Below, piece after piece: positions 1 to 10,294 of a stretch of 64,000 bases of DNA (within the stretch, counting starts at the first letter, position 1; each line of letters begins with the position of its first letter). Under the pieces are notes generated by a model. It did not search any database and was not told where the DNA came from. It saw only the letters and a list, made by a program, of their open reading frames with translations. The stretch is from Aeromicrobium sp. (GTDB lineage Bacteria > Actinomycetota > Actinomycetes > Propionibacteriales > Nocardioidaceae). A program made the position numbers and the translations under genes. The stretch spans positions 5,424-69,423 of the forward strand of contig JACMOZ010000268.1 of the NCBI GenBank assembly GCA_014377785.1. Reading direction: 5' to 3'.

Positions 1-440
1 GCACACCCGCGGATCTGCCGATCGAAAAGCGTCTCTTGTCGATCGAACAGGCCATCGACGAATGGGTCGTCCGTCACCGGCCGGACGTCGTCGCCGTCGA
101 ACGGGTTTTTGCCCAACACAACGTCCGCACGGTCATGGGCACGGCTCAGGCCAGCGCTGTCGCGATGCTCGTCGCCGCCCGGCACGGCCTGCCCGTTGCC
201 CTGCATACGCCCAGTGAGGTCAAGGCTTCGGTGACCGGAAGCGGCCGTGCCGACAAAGCCCAGGTGACCGCGATGGTCACGCGCCTGCTCAAACTGACCG
301 AAGCTCCCAAACCGGCTGACGCCGCCGACGCTCTGGCCCTCGCGATCTGCCATATCTGGCGCGGCGGTGCCGAAGCGCGCATCGCGGCCGCTGTCCAGGC
401 CAATCACGCTCTCGCCTCCGGCAAGGGAACCGCAAGATGA
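1..440 (+). CDS. ruvC: Crossover junction endodeoxyribonuclease RuvC (5' end lies outside the window)
   Basis: The reading frame is open from base 3. The translated C-terminal part ([25 protein letters not shown]...[13 protein letters not shown]) is RuvC-like. It has an ATGA overlap with ruvA and sits in ruvCAB synteny. Confidence 0.9.
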   Translation, partial: TPADLPIEKRLLSIEQAIDEWVVRHRPDVVAVERVFAQHNVRTVMGTAQASAVAMLVAARHGLPVALHTPSEVKASVTGSGRADKAQVTAMVTRLLKLTEAPKPADAADALALAICHIWRGGAEARIAAAVQANHALASGKGTAR

Positions 441-1024
441 TCGCGTTCGTCCGCGGCAAGGTCGCAGCCCTCACCCTCAACTTCGCCGTCATCGACGTCG
501 GGGGAGTCGGTATGCAGGTCATGTGCGCGCCCAACACCCTCGCCAATCTGCGCATCGGCCAGGAGGCTCAAATCTCTACGTCGATGGTGGTGCGCGAAGA
601 CTCCTTGACGATTTTCGGTTTCGCCGACACTGACGAACGCGACATGTTCGAACTCGTGCAGACCACCAGCGGCGTCGGACCCAAAGTCGCCCAGGCCATG
701 CTCGCGGTGCTTTCGCCGGATCGCTTGCGCTCGGCCATCGCCGGCAGCGATCTAGCCGTCCTGACATCCGTGCCCGGCATCGGCCGAAAGGGCGCCGAAC
801 GCATAGTGCTCGAACTCAAGGACCGCATCGGACCGGTTTCCTATTCGCAGCAGGCCCCCGAGTCGTGGCGCGGCCAGGTCCAGGAAGCCCTTCTTGGCCT
901 TGGGTGGCCCGCGCGCGATGCCGACAGGGCCGTCGACACCGTGGCCGCCGGGCTTCCACCGGATGCCAAGCCCGACATTTCTTCGCTCTTGCGCGATGCC
1001 CTGCGTACGCTGTCCAGGGCATGA
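437..1024 (+). CDS. ruvA: Holliday junction branch migration complex subunit RuvA
   Basis: 195-aa ORF starting MIAFVRGKV, with a helix-hairpin-helix motif ([13 protein letters not shown]). It is start/stop coupled to ruvC and ruvB. Confidence 0.95.
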   Translation: MIAFVRGKVAALTLNFAVIDVGGVGMQVMCAPNTLANLRIGQEAQISTSMVVREDSLTIFGFADTDERDMFELVQTTSGVGPKVAQAMLAVLSPDRLRSAIAGSDLAVLTSVPGIGRKGAERIVLELKDRIGPVSYSQQAPESWRGQVQEALLGLGWPARDADRAVDTVAAGLPPDAKPDISSLLRDALRTLSRA

Positions 1025-2085
1025 GTATGGAAAACGATATGCAGGACGAGTTTGAGGGTGTGCTCGCCGAAGCCGGCTCCGAAGAGCGCGCCTTCGAGGC
1101 CGCGCTCCGGCCCAAGACGCTCGAAGAACTCATAGGTCAGGAGCGGGTACGCGAACAACTCGCCCTCATGCTCGACGCCGCACAAGCCCGCGGCCGGGCC
1201 CCCGACCACGTCTTGTTGTCGGGACCACCCGGACTGGGCAAGACCACCATCGCGATGATCATTGCCAACCAGATGTCGGCGCCGTTGCGCATCACCAGCG
1301 GACCGGCGATCCAGCACGCCGGCGACCTCGCCGCGATTCTGTCGGGCATCAACGAGGGGGACGTCCTCTTCATCGATGAGATTCACCGCATGTCCCGCCC
1401 GGCCGAAGAACTCCTCTACATGGCGATGGAGGACTTCCGGGTCGACGTGATCGTCGGCAAGGGTCCCGGTGCCACCGCCATACCGTTGGAAATCCCGCCG
1501 TCCACCGTCGTCGGCGCCACGACGCGCGCCGGGCTGCTGCCGAGCCCGTTGCGCGACCGCTTCGGATTCACCGCGCAACTCGAATACTACGAAGCCGCCG
1601 AGCTGCACCGCATCGTCGAACGTTCAGCCGGTCTCCTTACCCTCGAAATCACGCACGCCGGCGGCTTCGAGATTGCTTCCCGATCCCGTGGCACACCCCG
1701 CATCGCCAACCGTTTGCTGCGACGCGTGCGGGACTTCGCCGAGGTCCGCGCCGAGGGCGTCATCGACGTGGCGTCCGCGCACGCGGCGCCCGCCTTGTAT
1801 GAAGTCGATGCGCTCGGGGTCGACCGGCTCGACCGGGCTGTCCTCAACGCTCTGTGCAAAAGCTTCAGCGGGGGACCGGTCGGCGTCCAGACGCTCGCTG
1901 TCGCCGTCGGCGAGGAACGCGAAACTGTCGAAGAACTTGCCGAACCCTTTCTGGTTCGCCTCGGTTTCCTGGCCCGAACACCGCGTGGCCGCATCGCCAC
2001 CGCTGCCGCCTGGCAACACATCGGACTCGTCGCGCCACAGGGTTTCGAACAACTTCCGATCGAGCAATCCGATCCAACCGAGTGA
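1021..2085 (+). CDS. ruvB: Holliday junction branch migration DNA helicase RuvB
   Basis: Walker [10 protein letters not shown] and Walker B FIDEIHR are present, with a RuvB C-terminal winged helix. I set the start at ATG 1021 (ATGA overlap with the ruvA stop). The track ORF start at 865 lies inside ruvA. Confidence 0.95.
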   Translation: MSMENDMQDEFEGVLAEAGSEERAFEAALRPKTLEELIGQERVREQLALMLDAAQARGRAPDHVLLSGPPGLGKTTIAMIIANQMSAPLRITSGPAIQHAGDLAAILSGINEGDVLFIDEIHRMSRPAEELLYMAMEDFRVDVIVGKGPGATAIPLEIPPSTVVGATTRAGLLPSPLRDRFGFTAQLEYYEAAELHRIVERSAGLLTLEITHAGGFEIASRSRGTPRIANRLLRRVRDFAEVRAEGVIDVASAHAAPALYEVDALGVDRLDRAVLNALCKSFSGGPVGVQTLAVAVGEERETVEELAEPFLVRLGFLARTPRGRIATAAAWQHIGLVAPQGFEQLPIEQSDPTE

Positions 2086-2189
2086 GTCGGGTCACCGGTC
2101 GCAGAAAACATCGGTAAACTACCCGGTGGCGCTTTCGCCGAGTCTGTCCTGAACGGGCAGAAAACCCCATATCTTCGGGAGAATTCAAC

Positions 2190-2465
2190 GTGAAGCTGGC
2201 TGAAATCCTACCCTTGGTCCTGCTGGTCCTCGTCTTCTGGTTCCTGATCCTGCGTCCCATGCGCAAGCGTCAGCAACAGTTCGCCAAGACGCAGGGGGCC
2301 GTCGAGGTCGGCACGAGGGTTATGCTCGCCAGCGGAATATTCGGTGACGTGGTCTCGGTCGGCGACGAAACCGTTGAATTGAGGATCTCGCCCGAAACTA
2401 CCGTGACCGTGCTCCGCCAGGCCATTGCCCGTGTTGTTGCGCCCGAACAACCAGAAGGTAATTGA
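2190..2465 (+). CDS. yajC: Preprotein translocase subunit YajC
   Basis: 91 aa with one N-terminal TM helix followed by LRPMRKRQQQ, typical of YajC. It lies directly upstream of secDF. Confidence 0.9.
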   Translation: MKLAEILPLVLLVLVFWFLILRPMRKRQQQFAKTQGAVEVGTRVMLASGIFGDVVSVGDETVELRISPETTVTVLRQAIARVVAPEQPEGN

Positions 2466-2469
2466 CTCC

Positions 2470-4143
2470 GTGGCCAGCCCAAACTCCAATAGGAATCTGC
2501 CGAAGCCGCGGCGGACCCTGATTATTTTCCTCGCCGTGGTCATTGCCCTGTACGGAATCATTGCGCTGATTGACGTCAACGGCAAAAAAGGCGACTCGAG
2601 TGCCTGGCAACCCAAGCTGGGTCTCGACCTGCAGGGCGGCACTCGCATCACTCTTGAAGCCAAGGACGCCTCGGGCAACCCAGCCGCGACCAAACTTGCC
2701 GAGGCCCGCGACATCATCGACGCGCGAGTCAACGGCACCGGGATCACCGAAGCCGAAGTCACCACGCAAGGCGGCAACCAGGTCATCATCGAAATTCCCG
2801 GCAAACAGGAGCAAGGCATCGCCGATAAAGTTGGCAGGACCGCTCAGTTGAGGTTCCGACTCCTGTGGGCGGTGGGTTCACCGGCCGCCACGACTTCTAA
2901 ACCCGCGGATCTGCAAAAGGCCGTCGACGCCGTGGACTGGTCCAAACTGACCCTCAAGCAGATGATCGACGCCGAAACCGTGGGCGCCACGTCGTTGCCG
3001 AAGGAATACCAGGCCGGTGTCGCCGCGCTGAAGGAACAGGCAAGTGCTTTCCAATGCACCAAGGCCGGCGTGGCTGCCGTCGACGACCAATCGGATAAGC
3101 CCCTGGTGAGTTGTGAGATCAAGTCCGGTGAGATCCAGGTTCTCAGTCCGACCGTCATCGAGGGCACCCAGATCAAAAGCGCCAACGCTGTCCTCGACAC
3201 ACAGAGTGGCAACCAATGGGTTGTGGCACTTGCGCTCAAGGGTCAGGGCAAGCAAGCCTTTGACACCATCACCGAAGCTCTTTTCGCGCAGTCGACCAGC
3301 AATCCCACGGCGAGCCGCTTTTCCATCGTCCTCGACGGCGAAGTGCTGAGCGCACCGACCACCAACGGCCACTTCACCGACGGCAAGTCGCAGATCTCCG
3401 GCAACTTCACCGTCGCGACTGCCAAGGATCTCGCCAACTCGCTGAAGTTTGGCGCGTTGCCGCTGACGTTCACTCTTCAGGGCTCCAGCGCTGAGGGCCC
3501 GTCACTGGCTGCCAGCCAGCTGAAAGCCGGCCTGATCGCCGGTCTCATCGGACTGATCCTCGTCGTGGTCTACAGCCTGATCTATTATCGCGGTCTCGGT
3601 CTGGTGGTGGTCGCCTCGCTCGGCGTTGCCGCCGCCATCGCGTATGCGATGGTGCTGCTCCTGGGCAAGGGTGCGGGATTCACGCTGACGTTGCCAGGTA
3701 TTGCCGGTCTGATCGTGGCGATCGGCATCACCGCAGACTCGTTCATCGTCTTCTTTGAGCGTTTGCGCGATGAGGTCCGCGAAGGCAAGTCGTTGCGACT
3801 CGCCGTCGAGACCGGCTGGGTTCGTGCCCGGAGCACGATTCTGGCCGCCGATGCCGTGTCCTTCCTCGCGGCCCTTGTGTTGTTCATCTTCGCGATCGGC
3901 GTGGTCCGCGGCTTCGCGTTCGCCCTCGGCCTGACGACCATCATCGACGTCTTCGTGGTCTTCCTGTTCACCAAACCTGTTGTCTCGCTCCTGGCCCGTA
4001 CGAAGTTCTTTGGTCAGGGTCACAAACTCTCAGGTTTCGACGCGGCCCACCTTGGCGTCGAGGGTCGAAAAGTCACCGAAATCGCACGTAAACCTGAACT
4101 GCATACCTCTGGAGCACCTACCCCTGGAGGGAGGCAATCATGA
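2470..4143 (+). CDS. secD: Protein translocase subunit SecD
   Basis: N-terminal TM, large periplasmic-type domain and a C-terminal 5-6 TM bundle (SecD/SecF family). GTG 2470 lies just after the yajC stop and is preferred over the track start at 2425, which is inside yajC. The start is uncertain. Confidence 0.9.
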   Translation: MASPNSNRNLPKPRRTLIIFLAVVIALYGIIALIDVNGKKGDSSAWQPKLGLDLQGGTRITLEAKDASGNPAATKLAEARDIIDARVNGTGITEAEVTTQGGNQVIIEIPGKQEQGIADKVGRTAQLRFRLLWAVGSPAATTSKPADLQKAVDAVDWSKLTLKQMIDAETVGATSLPKEYQAGVAALKEQASAFQCTKAGVAAVDDQSDKPLVSCEIKSGEIQVLSPTVIEGTQIKSANAVLDTQSGNQWVVALALKGQGKQAFDTITEALFAQSTSNPTASRFSIVLDGEVLSAPTTNGHFTDGKSQISGNFTVATAKDLANSLKFGALPLTFTLQGSSAEGPSLAASQLKAGLIAGLIGLILVVVYSLIYYRGLGLVVVASLGVAAAIAYAMVLLLGKGAGFTLTLPGIAGLIVAIGITADSFIVFFERLRDEVREGKSLRLAVETGWVRARSTILAADAVSFLAALVLFIFAIGVVRGFAFALGLTTIIDVFVVFLFTKPVVSLLARTKFFGQGHKLSGFDAAHLGVEGRKVTEIARKPELHTSGAPTPGGRQS

Positions 4144-5243
4144 GCAAACTCGGCAATTTTGGCCATAACCTCTATGAAGGCCGTATTTCGTTCGACTTCG
4201 TCGGTCGCCGCAAACTGTGGTATTCGATCTCGGTCCTGATCGTCGTGTTCGCCGCCGCCGGCTTTGTCGCGCGCGGTTTCAACATGGGCATCGAGTTCAA
4301 GGGCGGAGTGGAGTTCACCGCAAAAGTACAGACGGCCAACAGCCAGTCGGTCGACGCTTTGACTCAGGCTGTGCGCGACGCCAACGTCCCCGAGGCGGGC
4401 GACCCACAGGTCACGACCTCGGGCAGCAGCTCCTTACGTATCCAGACCAAGGCGCTTAGCCAGGATCAGGCCACTACGATCGGAGCCGCACTCACCAACG
4501 CCGGCGCCACCGAGGTGAGCCAGAACCTGATCGGCCCGACTTGGGGCCAGCAAGTGGCCAGCAAGGCATTCACCGGACTGCTTGTCTTCCTGGTCCTGGT
4601 GGTGCTGTTCATCTGGGCATACTTCCGTGAATGGCGAATGTCGGTGGCCGCGATTGTCGCGCTCGCCCACGACCTCATCATCACCGCCGGAGTCTATGCC
4701 TGGTCCGGATTCGAGATCACCCCCGCAACGGTCACCGGTTTGTTGACTATTTTGGGTTATTCGCTCTACGACACGGTGGTCGTTTTCGACAAGGTACGCG
4801 AAAACACCCGCAATTTCCTCAAGACATCGGTGCGTACGTACTCCGAATCGGCCAACCTTGCAATCAACCAAACGTTGGTCCGCTCTATCAACACGTCAAT
4901 TACCGCGTTGCTGCCCGTTGGTGCGTTGCTCGTCGTCGGCATCGCCGTGCTCGGCACCGGTCCGCTCAAGGACCTCGCACTCGCGTTGTTCGTCGGTATG
5001 GCGGCCGGCACGTATTCGTCGATCTTCATCGCGACGCCGCTGGCAGCTCAGCTCAAGGAAACCGAACCAGCAACCAAGGCCCAGGCCGCACGGGTCATGG
5101 CCAGACGCGCCAAGGCCTCCGCTCCGGTGGTCGCCGTCACGCCAACGGGCGAAACCGTTCGCCCGGTGGCCGTGTCCGGCGCATCCAAACGCACCCAGCC
5201 CAAACGTGCACCTCGTTCACGACGGGGCAATGGACAGAAATAG
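4140..5243 (+). CDS. secF: Protein translocase subunit SecF
   Basis: ATGA overlap with secD. It has the SecF TM core (GYSLYDTVVVFDKVRE) and a basic Ala/Arg-rich C-terminal tail. Confidence 0.93.
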   Translation: MSKLGNFGHNLYEGRISFDFVGRRKLWYSISVLIVVFAAAGFVARGFNMGIEFKGGVEFTAKVQTANSQSVDALTQAVRDANVPEAGDPQVTTSGSSSLRIQTKALSQDQATTIGAALTNAGATEVSQNLIGPTWGQQVASKAFTGLLVFLVLVVLFIWAYFREWRMSVAAIVALAHDLIITAGVYAWSGFEITPATVTGLLTILGYSLYDTVVVFDKVRENTRNFLKTSVRTYSESANLAINQTLVRSINTSITALLPVGALLVVGIAVLGTGPLKDLALALFVGMAAGTYSSIFIATPLAAQLKETEPATKAQAARVMARRAKASAPVVAVTPTGETVRPVAVSGASKRTQPKRAPRSRRGNGQK

Positions 5244-5306
5244 ACGGCGTCCAAACATGGGATGCTGGCAGTGCCGCTCGAACCAGATGATGGAAAGTGA
5301 CAAATC

Positions 5307-5774
5307 ATGATTAAGCGCAGAATGAAGATCTCGGCAGCAATTGCCGGGGCCGTGCTTCTCGGCAGCGCTGTTGCCGGTTGCGGTGGAAGCAGCGAAGCAA
5401 GCGCCTATTGCGACGATATGAAGAGTGCAAACAAGGACTTCGGCGCGATCAATGCCGGTGACTTCACTAAGCTCGACGCTGCCTTCGCGACGTTCCATAA
5501 ACTCGCTGCCGAATCCCCGTCCAAGATCGAGGCCGACTGGACAGTCCTTGAAAGCGCCATCACCGCAATAGAAAAGGGATTCAAGGACGCCGGCATAAAG
5601 TTCTCCGACCTTGCGGGACTACAAAATGGCAAGGTCCCCGAAGGCGTAGACGCCGCCAAGCTCACGCAACTGTCCGCGACTATGGGCAAATTCGGCGATG
5701 CGAAGTTCAATACTGCTTCAGACAACATTGCCAAGCACGCCAAGGACGAATGTAAAGTCGACATCGCCAATTGA
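5307..5774 (+). CDS. Small secreted lipoprotein of unknown function (paralog of 43276..43710)
   Basis: Signal peptide with lipobox LLGSAVAG-C. The mature N-terminus is CGGSSEASAYCD and the protein ends in DECKVDIAN. Cys positions and the DW motif are shared with the second copy. Confidence 0.75.
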   Translation: MIKRRMKISAAIAGAVLLGSAVAGCGGSSEASAYCDDMKSANKDFGAINAGDFTKLDAAFATFHKLAAESPSKIEADWTVLESAITAIEKGFKDAGIKFSDLAGLQNGKVPEGVDAAKLTQLSATMGKFGDAKFNTASDNIAKHAKDECKVDIAN

Positions 5775-5829
5775 TCAATGCCATCGGGACCCAGTCCTTC
5801 ACGGCGCCCAAATTTCTCGAAAGGTAAGC

Positions 5830-6366
5830 GTGCCCGACATCGCCGGTCTCATCGATACACTCGTCCGTCCGATCGAGGACTGGCCCGAACCGGGTGTGAC
5901 GTTCCGCGACATCACACCGCTGCTTGCCGATCCCAACGGTCTTCGCGCTGTCATTGACGCTTTTGCCGACAAGGCCCTCGAGATCGCCGGCGGCCCGATC
6001 GACTCGGTGCTGGGCATCGAAGCACGGGGATTCATCTTCGCGCCGGCGGTGGCCTTGGCGCTCGGCGCCGGTTTCATCCCGGTCCGCAAGGGCGGCAAAC
6101 TGCCCTCAACGCTCTACAGCGTCTCCTACGACCTCGAATACGGACAGGCAACCGTTGAGATGCATACCGATGCAATCGAGCCCGGTGACCGGGTTTTGGT
6201 CATCGATGATGTCCTCGCCACCGGAGGCACCATGGCAGCGGTTGCCGATCTGGTCAACCAGGCAGGCGGCACCGTTGCCGGCAACCTTGTCCTGATCGAG
6301 CTTCTTGCCCTTGGCGGCCGCGATAAACTTGGTAACACCTCAACTGCGGCACTGCGCAGCTATTGA
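5830..6366 (+). CDS. apt: Adenine phosphoribosyltransferase
   Basis: PRPP-binding motif VLVIDDVLATGGT is present. The start is set at GTG 5830 (VPDIAGLIDT...), giving about 178 aa. The track ORF start at 5698 overlaps the upstream gene. Confidence 0.92.
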   Translation: MPDIAGLIDTLVRPIEDWPEPGVTFRDITPLLADPNGLRAVIDAFADKALEIAGGPIDSVLGIEARGFIFAPAVALALGAGFIPVRKGGKLPSTLYSVSYDLEYGQATVEMHTDAIEPGDRVLVIDDVLATGGTMAAVADLVNQAGGTVAGNLVLIELLALGGRDKLGNTSTAALRSY

Positions 6367-6542
6367 ACATCACCGCCTGACCATCGACGAAAGACATCAT
6401 GAATCAGCATCAGATCCGCGTCACAGCCCTGATCCTCGTCGGCACTCTCATTTTGGCGGCCGCCGCAACGATCATCAGTTCGCTCTAGACGCACGCCGAT
6501 TGTGCCGCAGCCCTACCATGGGGTTGAGGGTGAGGAGCGCCA

Positions 6543-8864
6543 GTGGCTGACCGCGTAGAAGCTGCATCGAAGTCGGCGGAGTCGAAGTCGACCGAGTCGG
6601 CTTCTACATCCGCGCGCGTACGCACCCGCCTGGCCCGTATCGGCGGGAAGTCCAGTTCGACTAACCCTGTCCTCGACCCGTTGTTGAGGATTTATCGGAC
6701 CACTCACGCCAAAGGTGACGTCGGCTCGATCCAGCGCGCTTATGACACTGCCGAGCGCATGCACGACGGGCAGAAACGCAAGAGCGGCGATCCCTACATC
6801 ACTCATCCGCTGGCTGTCGCCACCATCCTTGCCGAACTCGGTATGACCGCGCCGACGTTGTGTGCCGCCCTCCTGCATGACACTGTCGAAGACACTGCCT
6901 ACACGCTCGATGAGCTCAAACGGGACTTCGGCGACGAGGTGCTTCACCTCGTCGACGGCGTGACCAAACTCGATAAGGTCAAATACGGGGACTCGGCGCA
7001 ATCGGACACGATTCGCAAGATGGTCGTCGCCATGAGTCGCGATATCCGGGTGCTCGTTATCAAGCTCGCCGACCGGCTCCACAACATGCGCACACTGCGT
7101 TATCTGCGGCAAGACAAGCAAGAGCGCATAGCCCGCGAGACGATCGACATCTTCGCCCCGCTGGCCCACCGACTTGGCATGAACACCATCAAGTGGGAAC
7201 TCGAGGACTTGTCGTTCGCGACCCTGCACCCCAAGGTCTATGACGAGATCGTGCGTCTCGTGGCCGACCGGGCGCCGTCACGGGAGGAGTTCCTGGAAAA
7301 AGTCATAGCCGACGTCGAGAAGGATCTGCGCCCCACCAAGATCAAGGCCAAGGTGTCCGGCCGACCCAAGCACTACTACTCGATCTATCAGAAAATGTTG
7401 GTGCGGGGCCGCGACTTCGCCGACATCAACGACCTCGTGGGCGTCCGCATCCTCGTCGACTCGATCGCAGATTGTTATGGCGTCCTCGGCGTGCTGCACG
7501 CCCGGTGGAATCCGATCCCGGGCCGCTTCAAGGACTACATCTCGGTCCCCAAATTCAACATGTATCAATCGTTGCATACGACTGTCATCGGTCCGCAGGG
7601 CAAATCGGTCGAGCTGCAAATCCGCACCTTTGCGATGCACCGTCGGGCCGAATATGGTGTTGCCGCGCACTGGAAATACAAAGAGGATGCGCTCGCTGCC
7701 GTCAGCGGCCAGAAGCCGTCCGGCGTGGGTCCGGACGGCAGCGAAATGGTGTGGCTCCGCGAACTCCTCGACTGGCAATCTGAGACCGAGGACCCGGGAG
7801 ATTTCCTGGATTCGCTGCGCTTCGAGATGCTGACGGCTGGCGTTTATGCCTACACGCCCCGTGGCGATCTGATCCAGTTGCCGGCTGATGCCACTCCCGT
7901 CGACTTCGCCTACGCCGTGCATACCGAGGTCGGTCACGCCACCATCGGCGCCCGTGTCAACGGTCGTCTGGTTTCGCTCGAATCGGTGCTGGAAAGTGGC
8001 GATGTCGTCGAGATCTTCACATCGAAAGCGCCCACGGCGGCGCCGAGTCGTGACTGGCTCGACTTCGTCAAGAGCCCGCGGGCGCGCAACAAGATCCGCC
8101 AATGGTTCACCAAGGAGCGCCGCGACGAGGCGATCGAACGTGGTAAGGACTTCATCGCCAAACAAATGCGCAAAGAGGGATTGCCCCTGCATCGGCTGTT
8201 CAAACACGAGTCGCTGAACGCGGTGGCGAAGGACCTCCACGTTGCCGACGTGACGGCGTTGTATGCAGGTGTTGGCGAGGGCAACATCGGTGCCCAGAAC
8301 GTCGTCGATCGTGTCATCGCACTGGCCGGTGGTCGTGAAGGCGCGGCCGATGACATTGCCGAGGCGACTCCGATGCCGGGGCTGCTCGACCGTCGCCGCG
8401 CCCACAACCCCGGCGACGCAGGTGTCGTCGTCGATGGTCTCAGCGGCGATGCTTTGGTCAAACTTGCGCGGTGCTGCACGCCGGTGCCCGGCGACGCGAT
8501 CCACGGTTTCGTCACCCGCACGGTTGGCGTGTCGGTCCATCGCGATGATTGTTCCAATTTCAAGGCTCTTCAATCACAAGCCGAACGCATAGTCGAGGTG
8601 CATTGGGCCGCGACGGCCAAGAGCACGTTCCTCGTCAATATTCAGGTCGAGGCGCTCGACCGGCCGCGACTGCTCAGCGACATCACCCGGATCATCTCCG
8701 ATCAACACGTCAACATTTTGTCGGCGTCGTTGTCGACCGGTCGCGATCGCGTTGCGAAGTCGAAGTTCACCTTCGAGATGGCCGATCCCAAACACCTCGG
8801 CCACGTGCTGAGCGCCGTACGAACGGTCGAAGGCGTCTTCGACGTCTACCGCCTCACCCAATAG
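6543..8864 (+). CDS. relA: Bifunctional (p)ppGpp synthetase/hydrolase RelA/SpoT family
   Basis: 773 aa with an HD hydrolase motif (HDTVEDT), RelA/SpoT synthetase domain, TGS domain and C-terminal ACT domain. It follows apt, as is typical in actinobacteria. Confidence 0.95.
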   Translation: MADRVEAASKSAESKSTESASTSARVRTRLARIGGKSSSTNPVLDPLLRIYRTTHAKGDVGSIQRAYDTAERMHDGQKRKSGDPYITHPLAVATILAELGMTAPTLCAALLHDTVEDTAYTLDELKRDFGDEVLHLVDGVTKLDKVKYGDSAQSDTIRKMVVAMSRDIRVLVIKLADRLHNMRTLRYLRQDKQERIARETIDIFAPLAHRLGMNTIKWELEDLSFATLHPKVYDEIVRLVADRAPSREEFLEKVIADVEKDLRPTKIKAKVSGRPKHYYSIYQKMLVRGRDFADINDLVGVRILVDSIADCYGVLGVLHARWNPIPGRFKDYISVPKFNMYQSLHTTVIGPQGKSVELQIRTFAMHRRAEYGVAAHWKYKEDALAAVSGQKPSGVGPDGSEMVWLRELLDWQSETEDPGDFLDSLRFEMLTAGVYAYTPRGDLIQLPADATPVDFAYAVHTEVGHATIGARVNGRLVSLESVLESGDVVEIFTSKAPTAAPSRDWLDFVKSPRARNKIRQWFTKERRDEAIERGKDFIAKQMRKEGLPLHRLFKHESLNAVAKDLHVADVTALYAGVGEGNIGAQNVVDRVIALAGGREGAADDIAEATPMPGLLDRRRAHNPGDAGVVVDGLSGDALVKLARCCTPVPGDAIHGFVTRTVGVSVHRDDCSNFKALQSQAERIVEVHWAATAKSTFLVNIQVEALDRPRLLSDITRIISDQHVNILSASLSTGRDRVAKSKFTFEMADPKHLGHVLSAVRTVEGVFDVYRLTQ

Positions 8865-8891
8865 GGCTCACTGACGGACAAGATGGTTCGT

Positions 8892-10169
8892 TCAGCAGAC
8901 GCTGTCGTTCGGTTTGGGATTACCCAGGCCGAACAGCGGGCGCAATTTGAGGCCGACCCATGTGCCCACCAGCGCCGCCAAGCCCCAGATCCAGCCTGAC
9001 AAGCTGCCGGTGGAGATGCCGCCGAGGTAGGCGCCGATATTGCAGCCGCTCGCCAACCGTGCACCGACGCCGAGCAGGACACCGCCGAGAAGTGCGGCTG
9101 TCGCCGTACGAATTGGGATCCGTTGGCGAAGTGAATATGTGCCGGCGGCGGTCGCTGCGAGTGCCGCACCGACAATGATCCCGATGTTGGTCAGCGAGGT
9201 CTTGTCTGCCAGCACCGAGGCCTGCAGCTGGGCTGCCTGCGCGGGCTGCTGCCAGTAGGCCCAGGCCTCGGGGTGGAGGCCGATGGCTTGCAACGCCTTC
9301 GCGCCCCAGAGCCCGAACGCGCTTGTGACGCCCCAGGTCCCGCCGGAAACCAGAAGGATGCCGGCTGCGAGCACGGCGAGGACGACGGCGCCGACCAGCA
9401 TCGGCCATGATCCCCGCATTATGCGTCCAAGACCGCGGCTTGTTGCAACGGCGGCGGTCGGGGGCGGGTTGTGCCGTGACTGCCAGGCGCGGCTGCCGAG
9501 CACTATGAGTGCCAACACGACGATGGTCACGATCCACGACCCGAGCCACCCGATGTGGTCAGCCATAACGATCGGCGCAAACGATGGCAGGTTGTCAACC
9601 AGGGCGAATTGCCAGGCATAGAGGACGGAACCCAAAATGAAGCCCACAAGGGTGAGCACGATGCTCGCCTGCCCCGACCCGACGGCGAACAGCGTCCCGG
9701 ACGCGCACGCTCCACCGATCTGCATGCCGACGCCGAAGATGAACGACCCGAGGACCAGCCCGACACCGATAGGTGCACCGGCCGGCACTGGCGATGAGCC
9801 GAACAGTCCGGTGCTCGTCCCGATCAAAAGGGCGGCAAGGGTCGCGGTGGTCCCGAGCAGCAGCGCATGGGCGCGTAACCCAGAACCGTTGCCGACGGCG
9901 ACGAGTTGGCGCCACGCGGAGGTGAACCCGAAGCGGGAGTGGAACAGCGCTAGCCCAAGACCGAGGCCGAGTGCCAGCACGGTGGCTTTTTGCGCGCCAT
10001 ACTCGGCTCCGACGACCCACAACAATACTGCGGCCACGACGGCGAACCCCGCGAGCGGGCCAACCTGGACGGGGCCGGCATCTTCGGGAGTTGGACGGGG
10101 AGCGCAGGTGGGTGCCGCACTAAGCAAATTCGTGCTGCGGGCAGGTAAAAGGTCGGTCATTGTTGCCAT
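8892..10169 (-). CDS. YeeE/YedE family sulfur-compound (thiosulfate-type) transporter, two-repeat fused form
   Basis: 425-aa polytopic membrane protein carrying the two conserved Cys loops GGACASGTLF and ASGCNIGAYLGG characteristic of YeeE/YedE. Confidence 0.8.
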   Translation of the reverse strand: MATMTDLLPARSTNLLSAAPTCAPRPTPEDAGPVQVGPLAGFAVVAAVLLWVVGAEYGAQKATVLALGLGLGLALFHSRFGFTSAWRQLVAVGNGSGLRAHALLLGTTATLAALLIGTSTGLFGSSPVPAGAPIGVGLVLGSFIFGVGMQIGGACASGTLFAVGSGQASIVLTLVGFILGSVLYAWQFALVDNLPSFAPIVMADHIGWLGSWIVTIVVLALIVLGSRAWQSRHNPPPTAAVATSRGLGRIMRGSWPMLVGAVVLAVLAAGILLVSGGTWGVTSAFGLWGAKALQAIGLHPEAWAYWQQPAQAAQLQASVLADKTSLTNIGIIVGAALAATAAGTYSLRQRIPIRTATAALLGGVLLGVGARLASGCNIGAYLGGISTGSLSGWIWGLAALVGTWVGLKLRPLFGLGNPKPNDSVC

Positions 10170-10294
10170 CGTCGAGCTCCAGACGTTGTGTTCACTTCCA
10201 CGACGTTAAGCGCCAGACAGGGCTCAGGAATTCCCGTCCAGGTTGTGGACGATGAGGGCGAGCGTGACCGAACGGGTGTATGAAACTGGTGGCG

